Position numbers and translations under genes: made by a program | From: Balamuthia mandrillaris | Lineage: Eukaryota | Length of the DNA stretch: 64,000 bases | NCBI GenBank assembly: GCA_031835245.2 | Contig: JAVKOQ020000057.1 | Coordinates: 1 to 64,000, forward strand | Direction of reading: 5' to 3' | Shown: positions 62,207 through 64,000 of the stretch, piece by piece | Layout: every line of letters starts with the position of its first letter | Numbering within the stretch: the first letter of the stretch is position 1 | The notes under the pieces: generated by a model | Databases searched by the model: none | Told to the model about the DNA's origin: nothing | What the model saw: the letters and a program-made list of their open reading frames with translations, nothing else

Positions 62207-62870
62207 TTATTTTTTATTTACTTTTTGCCAAACAGCTCTCTCTCTCTCCTCTCTCCCCAATATCTTGTTTTTCTTAAGATCTCTCAGCCTCAGGAGCTCC
62301 ATCTCCTGTCGCTTCGAGGTCACGATGGCCTCCTCTTCGTTCATGCAGCTGACCTTCTCCGTGGCGCAAAGGACGTCTCTGCAGCCGGTCGTGTAGGTAA
62401 CGCGATGCACTTGCGCTCGTTTGAGCTCTTGCAAGCAGTCGCGACAGGGCTTGGATGGGGCAAAGTCGCCTGACGTTGCTGCAAGACGAACGACGATGAG
62501 GTCCATTCCTTTTGTCAGATTTTTATGCTTCTTCTTCTTCTTCCACTGTTGAGCCTCGTTCAAAATAATACTATTGATGATTAAGGACAAAAATGTTAGG
62601 CGAGCAAACGTTAGAGAGTGTTTGTGTTTCTCTTCTCTTCTTTCTTCTCTTCAAAGTTCTGTTCATCGTTCTCTTCTTCTCTCATACCAGGGCTTGAAGT
62701 TCGGCGTGGGTGCTGCACACGTTCCTGCGGCTAAGCCTGCTCCTGTAGTGGTTGTGCCCTTTGGCCAAGACCTTGCCCCCTTTCACGAGCAACGCGCCGT
62801 GCTTCATGCCCATAGGGCTCTTGGCCGCCTCCTCTCCCGCCATCTCCAAATACCTCTCGATACGACCCAT
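62207..62870 (-). CDS. Zn-dependent cytidine/dCMP deaminase-family protein (one intron)
   Basis: KHGALLVKGGKVLAKGHN, HAE, SKPCRDC, V.RV.YT. Donor site at 62687. Confidence 0.85.
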
Positions 62871-63025
62871 TTCGCCGCTACCCCCAACTTACGCGCCTCT
62901 TCCCGCTACTTCGTTTTTGTACTTCTTTTTTTTTGTACTTCTCTCTTTCTTTTTACTTTATTTTTTGATTTTTCCAAAATTATTGATAATTCGCTGAATA
63001 TTTTTATTGTAGTCGACATGGGCTG

Positions 63026-63040
63026 TTCCCCGCCAAAAAT
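63026..63040. promoter_or_regulatory. E2F-like element TTCCCCGCCAAAAAT (second site TTTGGCGC at 63056-63063)
   Basis: Its reverse complement ATTTTTGGCGGGGAA is nearly identical to the SKA1/CKS1 element. About 155 bp upstream of the deaminase ATG. Confidence 0.45.
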
Positions 63041-63135
63041 CGGAGGCAAGCGCTCTTTGGCGCCCGAGACGGTTATCAAGGAACACCGAGGAGCGAAGAA
63101 AAGGGTAAAGATAGCAACAGGAAAAAAAAAAAGGG

Positions 63136-63273
63136 AGGATACAGCACGATGGATTCCCGGGTGGTCACCCACCCCAGTACTAACATCGCCTGGCGGAGCT
63201 TAACTTCGCTGATGGCGGAGCTTAACTTCGCCACCCGTCCGATCAGCGAAGTTAAGCTCCGCCATCAGCGAAG
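63136..63273 (-). pseudogene. 5'-truncated, rearranged 5S rRNA gene
   Basis: The minus strand of 63136-63213 reads ATCAGCGAAGTTAAGCTCCGCCAGGCGATGTTAGTACTGGGGTGGGTGACCACCCGGGAATCCATCGTGCTGTATCCT, the 3' two-thirds of eukaryotic 5S, followed by CCC and T11. The 5' end is replaced by duplicated and inverted 5S pieces. Confidence 0.88.
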
Positions 63274-64000
63274 GCAGAATCGAGGTTCCCATAGGACGAG
63301 AAAATAGAGGAGATGAGAGAGAGCCCTTTGCTTTCTGCTGGACCACAGAAAAGCAACAAAAACCAAATAGTACCCAGTTATGTCACCCCATCGTGCAGCA
63401 TCAGCAATGAGAAGCGGAAAAGGAGAGTACAAAGAATGAGACTCTCCCCTTCCCCTTACGTTGCTAGAATCAGGGGCATCATGAGATGACACAACTGGGT
63501 GGAGTGTAGATTGGAAATGGCACTGGTGTGTGTTTGTCGTTGTGGGAGCAGTTGGGTGTAGTTCGCAATAAAGGAGGGTATTGGAACAACAACAAAAGAG
63601 GGCAGAGGGCAGCAGAGGCGAGACTTTTTTGCGTTGTGGGCAAAGCTGAAGAGTTGACGATGAGAAAAACGAGGCAAGACAAGGGAGCGGACGCGACGGT
63701 GAAGAAGACTTTTTCACCGAGAGGTGAAGGCGGCAAAAGCGCGAAGAATAGAAGACAAAGTGAAGACAAAGACGGTACGAACAGAGAGGGTTGGTTGAAA
63801 GCGAGGTGGACAAAGCAGTAGTGGAAAAGAGTGCCAAAGTGTACGAAGGCGTTCAGGTCGAACGGCGTAGTCATTAGTTGATGAACGTTTCGGTAGGGTT
63901 AAAAAAAAGGGTCTGCGGTAGCTGGAAGCACAGCGAAGAAGAGTTAAAGGAAGGTATAGGAAATCGTCGGGGTGGAAGCCAAAGTTGCTGAAAAAAATCG

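Noticed and set aside
63280..64000. Possible gene or element at the window end
   Set aside because: The ORFs are low-complexity with no recognisable motif and cannot be supported without flanking sequence.

Overview
Gene-dense, intron-rich eukaryotic DNA. It is most likely a free-living amoeba of the Acanthamoeba/Balamuthia group, inferred from an Acanthamoeba-like 5S fragment, CT-microsatellite introns and gene content. About 25 protein-coding genes are present: a SKA1-like 5' end, plant-type secreted PLA2, AAGAB, TMEM220, IDH3 catalytic subunit, a VPS9 GEF, a DRP5/ARC5-type dynamin, ABCB7/ATM1, CsbD-like, bZIP, CKS1, two cytochrome P450s, pyruvate kinase, DMXL/Rav1, a CUE-domain protein, TOM1-like and a Zn-deaminase. 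There are also four F-box genes, two with 'WARENGCPW' ankyrin-like repeats (one disrupted), and a triplicated intronless secreted Cys/His-rich protein. Non-coding RNA features are one tRNA-Leu(CAG) and a rearranged 5S rRNA relic. Most notable observations: (1) a P450 with mitochondrial-clan-like features; (2) an E2F-type element upstream of SKA1, CKS1 and the deaminase; (3) a recurring GTCGAC/TGTCGACA palindrome in promoters; (4) a fold-back-rearranged 5S gene that keeps its Pol III promoter and terminator; (5) mosaic tandem paralogs; (6) a foreign coding fragment inserted in an ankyrin-repeat gene. Family assignments come from motif recognition by eye, without database searches, and exon boundaries are approximate.
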